Source: an uncultured Clostridia bacterium (GTDB lineage Bacteria > Bacillota > Clostridia > TANB77 > CAG-508). From it: a DNA stretch of 64,000 nt. Position numbers and translations under genes: made by a program. Positions 60,110 through 64,000 of the stretch are shown piece by piece. The notes beneath the pieces were generated by a model, which saw only the letters and a list, made by a program, of their open reading frames with translations, was not told the origin of the DNA and did not search any database. The number at the start of each line of letters is the position of its first letter. The first letter of the stretch is position 1. The DNA is taken from contig CAKPAI010000001.1 in the NCBI GenBank assembly GCA_934133005.1, positions 64,478 to 128,477 of the forward strand, written 5' to 3'.

Positions 60110-62557
60110 ATGGAAACTAATATACTAAAACCAGAACTTTTAGTTCCAGCTGGTGACTTTGATTGTGTCAGAGCTGGCGTTCAAAATGGTGCAGATTGTA
60201 TTTACTTTGGTGCAAATCTTTTTAGTGCTAGAGCTAGTGCTAAAAATTTTGACGATACTGAACTAAAAGAAGCTATCAAATATTGTAAAATTAGAAACGT
60301 AAAAACCAATCTTACATTAAATACACTTTTAACTGATGATGAATTTTCTGAAGCAATAGAGCTTGCAAGAAAAGCTTATGAATTTGGAATTGATGCCATA
60401 ATTGTTCAAGACTTAGGCCTTGCCAAATTTTTAATTAAAAATTTTCCAAACTTAGAAATTCATGCAAGTACTCAAATGTCAGTTCATAATTTAGAGGGAG
60501 TTCTTGAACTTGAAAAACTTGGATTTTCAAGAGTAGTTCTTTCTCGCGAGGTTTCTTTAAGTGAAATCGAATATATAAGAAATAATTGCAAAGTAGATTT
60601 AGAAATTTTTATCCATGGGGCACTTTGCATTTCATATTCTGGTCAATGTCTATTCTCTAGCTTAGTTGGTGGACGTTCTGGAAATCGTGGAAAATGTGCT
60701 CAGCCTTGTAGACTTCCTTATGAGCTAATCGAAAAAAATGGAACTTCTGAAAACAAACTTGACAATGGATATATTCTAAGTCCTAGGGATTTATCTTCAT
60801 TAGAGCTTTTACCACAACTTGTAAGACTCGGAATAAATTCATTTAAAATTGAAGGTAGAATGAAAACCCCTGACTATGTTGCTACAGTAACTAAAATATA
60901 TAGAAAATATATTGATTTAGCTTTATCAGACAAGCCTTATATTATTGACGAACAAGATAAAAAAGACTTAATGCAAGTATTTAATAGAGGAGCCTTTTCT
61001 TCAGGCCATTTAAAAACTGAACCTAATAAAGATTTAATCTTTTCAAAAAAATCAAATAATATGGGATTATATTTAGGAAATATTTCAAATTACAACGCTT
61101 CAAAAGGTCATATTACCTTAAAATTAAATGAAAAATTAGCAATCGGAGATACCATTTCTATTGAAGGTGAAACCGGAAGTTATACAATTTCAGAACTTAT
61201 GATTGGAAATTCTAATTTCAAAGAATGTCCTTGTGGAAAAATTGTTAAAATCGGTAGAATGAAAGGCAATATAAAAGTTGGTAAAAAAATTTATAAAATG
61301 TCAAGTAAATCTCTTACTGATTCATGTAAAATAACTTATAAAGAAAAATCTGAAAATAAAAAGATTCCACTTGAAGGTACTATTACAGTTAAAGAAAATG
61401 AACCAATTACATTAAATTTAAAATGTAATGTTCCACCTTTCTACAATAATATTGATTTGACAGTATGCTCAGATATTATTCCCGAGCAAGCCACAAACTC
61501 ACCTATTACCTCTGATAGAATATCTGCTCAAATTGCAAAACTTGGTTCCACACCTTATATATTATCAAAACTTAATATTAAATTAGATGAAAATTTACAC
61601 ATTTTCTCTATTTCAGAATTAAATAATCTTAGAAGAACAGCAATACAAAACTTAGAGGAAACTGTATTACAACAATTTTTAAGTACTAGACAATCTGTAA
61701 ATATCGGAACTGTGACTTTACCAAAAAACTCTCACATAGATATTAGAGATAGAACGATTAGCGTTTTACTAGAATTAATAGACTTAAATTTTGATTATTC
61801 AAAACTTGAAGGAATAGATAGAATTTATGTGCCACTAAGATATATGATAAATAAAAAATATGAAAGTATTTTAGATTTACTTTCAAAAAAATTTAATTTA
61901 TATGTATATATGCCGACTATTTTAAAACCTAATTTTAAAAACTTATTATTAAATAATTTAGATAATATTATTTCTAAATTTGACATTAAAGGTTTTGTAA
62001 TTAGTAATATTTCAAACTTTATCTTGCTGAAAAATTATCTTGGAGAAAACTTTGAGTTTGTTTCAAATTACACCATGAATATTTTTAATACCCATACAAT
62101 AAATGAGCTTGCAAATCTCGGCATAAGTACAATAACACCTTCGGTAGAATTAAATAAAGAAGTTCTTACAAATTTATGTAATAATTCATCTTTAAAATGT
62201 GAACTAATCGCTTATGGAAAAAATGTTTTAATGAATACTTCTTACTGTCTACTTGGAAAAAGTAATAAATGTTATCCAGAGTGTATGACAAAATGTAAAA
62301 GTAATTCTAAATTTTATCTAAAAGATCGTTTAGGCTTATACTTTAGAATAATACCAGATAATCTTCAAACAGTAACCTCAATTTATAATAGTAAAATTAC
62401 ATCTTTTGATACTACTGATTTTAATGCCTACTCTATTAGAATTAATATTTTGGATGAAAGCATTGATGAAATAAATAATATAGTAAAAACATTAAAAACT
62501 GGCAAAAAACTTGAAGGTAAAGATTTTACTAATGGAAACTTAAATAGAAACATATAA
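60110..62557 (+). CDS. peptidase U32 family protein (collagenase-like, long form with C-terminal extension)
   Basis: U32 signature E..HGALCISYSGQCLFSS and a downstream Cys-rich region. Confidence 0.85.
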   Translation: METNILKPELLVPAGDFDCVRAGVQNGADCIYFGANLFSARASAKNFDDTELKEAIKYCKIRNVKTNLTLNTLLTDDEFSEAIELARKAYEFGIDAIIVQDLGLAKFLIKNFPNLEIHASTQMSVHNLEGVLELEKLGFSRVVLSREVSLSEIEYIRNNCKVDLEIFIHGALCISYSGQCLFSSLVGGRSGNRGKCAQPCRLPYELIEKNGTSENKLDNGYILSPRDLSSLELLPQLVRLGINSFKIEGRMKTPDYVATVTKIYRKYIDLALSDKPYIIDEQDKKDLMQVFNRGAFSSGHLKTEPNKDLIFSKKSNNMGLYLGNISNYNASKGHITLKLNEKLAIGDTISIEGETGSYTISELMIGNSNFKECPCGKIVKIGRMKGNIKVGKKIYKMSSKSLTDSCKITYKEKSENKKIPLEGTITVKENEPITLNLKCNVPPFYNNIDLTVCSDIIPEQATNSPITSDRISAQIAKLGSTPYILSKLNIKLDENLHIFSISELNNLRRTAIQNLEETVLQQFLSTRQSVNIGTVTLPKNSHIDIRDRTISVLLELIDLNFDYSKLEGIDRIYVPLRYMINKKYESILDLLSKKFNLYVYMPTILKPNFKNLLLNNLDNIISKFDIKGFVISNISNFILLKNYLGENFEFVSNYTMNIFNTHTINELANLGISTITPSVELNKEVLTNLCNNSSLKCELIAYGKNVLMNTSYCLLGKSNKCYPECMTKCKSNSKFYLKDRLGLYFRIIPDNLQTVTSIYNSKITSFDTTDFNAYSIRINILDESIDEINNIVKTLKTGKKLEGKDFTNGNLNRNI

Positions 62558-62597
62558 AAAATAAACCTAGAAAGAATAAAAAATCTCTTTCTAGGTT

Positions 62598-62912
62598 TTA
62601 GTAATTATGCTCTGCTGAAAGTTTTATGATAAGGTCCATGTTATCGTCTTTTGCAGCTTTATTTTTTCTTATTTTTCCACATTTTTCACATTTAAAAATA
62701 ATCACATACCCTTTTTTACTATCAATCTCTACACCAACTGGCCTTAGCTTACCATGACATTCTTCTTGCCTGTCTCCCGGCATGTTATCTACATGCTTAG
62801 AATACAAACAATATGGACAATGATTTCTGCATGAATATCCTAATTTTTTTACTTTTCGTCCACAGTTTTCACACGTAAAATCTTCATCTATTTTAGTAAA
62901 ATTTCCTGCCAT
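62598..62912 (-). CDS. RNHCP domain protein
   Basis: Literal RNHCP motif plus multiple CxxC zinc ribbons. Confidence 0.7.
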   Translation of the reverse strand: MAGNFTKIDEDFTCENCGRKVKKLGYSCRNHCPYCLYSKHVDNMPGDRQEECHGKLRPVGVEIDSKKGYVIIFKCEKCGKIRKNKAAKDDNMDLIIKLSAEHNY

Positions 62913-62993
62913 TTTCTCTCCTTCTTCAAGTATAATTTTTTCCAGTCTTGGATATAATTATATAAAAATATTTTAGATTGGAAGTGTTTTAAT

Positions 62994-63167
62994 ATGACTA
63001 ATACCCGTATTTCTGAAATTCTGCGTAACAAACAATTAAATGAAATCTATTACAATGAGCAACCTGTTTGGGTTCAAGAAATTCATGGTGATAAAGCTAC
63101 CGTAGGCTTTATAGACTCTAATTCTTCACAAGATGTTTTCATTAAAGATTTATATGAAGATTCTTAG
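62994..63167 (+). CDS. sspH: small acid-soluble spore protein, H-type
   Basis: 57 aa MTNTRISEILRNKQLNEIYYNEQPVWVQEIHGDKATVGF… matches the SspH pattern (RAKEI..S…VTYNG.PV.I..V). Below the track cutoff. Confidence 0.55.
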   Translation: MTNTRISEILRNKQLNEIYYNEQPVWVQEIHGDKATVGFIDSNSSQDVFIKDLYEDS

Positions 63168-63190
63168 AAATAGTCTATCTATATGATAGA

Positions 63191-63568
63191 CTATTTACTT
63201 AAATATTCGTTTACTCTATCTATTATAAATTTTTTAGTTTGCTTTTCTAATTCCTTTTCACTTATGCTTGCATTTTCTTCTTTTGATAACAAGTACTTCG
63301 CTACTGTTCTAACATTACTAGTCATTCTATTTTCTAGTAACAATAAATCTTTATCTTTAAATTTCTTTTTATGAAATATTCTTGAAAATATTCCTAATTT
63401 TTTATATTCTGTTCTTTCAAGTTCTTCACTGCAAATATCGCTTATTCTTTCGCCTCTTTTACAAAATTTTCTACCATTTGCCAAGGCTTTAAACTCTTCT
63501 GCATCGTTTTTTGAAATTATAATTAATATATCTTTTTCATTTATTTCTTCTGTTTCTTTCATTATCAT
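63191..63568 (-). CDS. hypothetical protein
   Basis: ORF only. Confidence 0.3.
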   Translation of the reverse strand: MIMKETEEINEKDILIIISKNDAEEFKALANGRKFCKRGERISDICSEELERTEYKKLGIFSRIFHKKKFKDKDLLLLENRMTSNVRTVAKYLLSKEENASISEKELEKQTKKFIIDRVNEYLSK

Positions 63569-63625
63569 TCCACCTTTAGTTTTTATCTAATAGTAGTTTA
63601 CTAAAAAAAACTAAAATTATCAATA

Positions 63626-64000
63626 TTATTTTAACATATTTTTCTTATTTAACCATACTGTTACAATTATTGTCGTTATAATGGCAAATCCAATCATGAT
63701 TGGAAATCCATATGCACTGTTCTGAAATGGCAAATTAACATTCATTCCCCAGAAACTTGATATCATAGTTGGTACAGCTAATATTATTGTTATTGATGTT
63801 AGTGTTTTCATAACACCATTTAGATTATTTGATATAATTGATGCATACGCCTCCATTGTACCATTTAAAATATTATTATATATTTGTGCCATTTCTATTG
63901 CTTGTTTATTTTCTGTTATTGCATCTTCTAGTATATCTTCATCTTCATCATATAATTTTATTATTTTTCCTCTTAAAGTTTTCTCCATTACAATTTCATT
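63626..64000 (-). CDS. corA: magnesium/cobalt transporter CorA, C-terminal part (gene continues beyond window end)
   Basis: C-terminal two TM segments with FWGMN (GMN motif). Confidence 0.8.
   Translation of the reverse strand, partial: NEIVMEKTLRGKIIKLYDEDEDILEDAITENKQAIEMAQIYNNILNGTMEAYASIISNNLNGVMKTLTSITIILAVPTMISSFWGMNVNLPFQNSAYGFPIMIGFAIITTIIVTVWLNKKNMLK

Noticed and set aside
63169-63196. Perfect palindrome AAATAGTCTATCTATATGATAGACTATTT after sspH
   Set aside because: It could be a terminator or a regulator site but lacks a clear T-run. It sits between convergent genes, so it is most simply a weak bidirectional terminator and is not elevated to a finding.

Overview
This 64-kb window is a chromosomal segment from a low-GC (about 28-30% GC) endospore-forming Firmicute, most likely a Clostridia-class organism. 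The class-level call rests on the T-box leaders, a dnaG-sigA operon, the hrcA-grpE-dnaK-dnaJ operon, cotJABC, spoIIID, yabG, a SipL/SpoVID-like gene, yunB and an H-type SASP.

The housekeeping backbone includes tetR and an oleate hydratase (partial), pflB-pflA, rpoD, dnaG, a carD-like gene, dut, rubrerythrin, pheST, rnr, secG, ppaC, aspS, ftsY, a U32 peptidase and corA (partial). Four tRNA features are present: tRNA-Met, tRNA-Leu, tRNA-Thr and a tRNA-Leu 3' fragment repeat.

Several accessory features are interleaved with this backbone:
- **Surface-protein paralog family.** The most unusual content is a multi-copy family of proteins with a type IV prepilin-like N-terminus (short basic leader, then G|ITLVALVV...) and a C-terminal FGE-sulfatase/SUMF1-like domain (motifs FDMSGGEWE / RGG(S)W / GFRAx). 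Two near-identical ~1.7-kb copies lie at 18.0-19.9 kb and 26.9-28.7 kb. A second cluster at 46.3-54.2 kb holds two further paralogs plus decayed fragments. One of these sits behind a (GT)12 dinucleotide repeat that currently uncouples it from both upstream ATG codons, a candidate phase-variation switch. Another carries a frameshifted, GC-rich C-terminal cassette. This cluster also encodes an LPXTG protein and a LemA/DUF2207 pair.
- **par/Fst-like modules.** Four small-ORF modules (three 22-aa peptides ending D[DN]DKD, one 44-aa) share a common architecture consistent with par/Fst-like type I toxin-antitoxin loci, not annotated by ORF calling. Each has a strong SD with a TTG start, a bidirectional terminator, a direct repeat of the start region and a convergent consensus promoter.
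- **Single-gene radical-SAM island.** A GC-anomalous radical-SAM gene sits among nucleotide-hydrolase genes.
- **Holin-amidase cassette.** A two-gene lysis-like cassette sits next to a tRNA-Leu 3'-end duplication.
- **Frameshifted DUF2207 gene** in the 46.3-54.2 kb cluster.
- **Small Cys/Gly-rich membrane peptide** of slightly raised GC.
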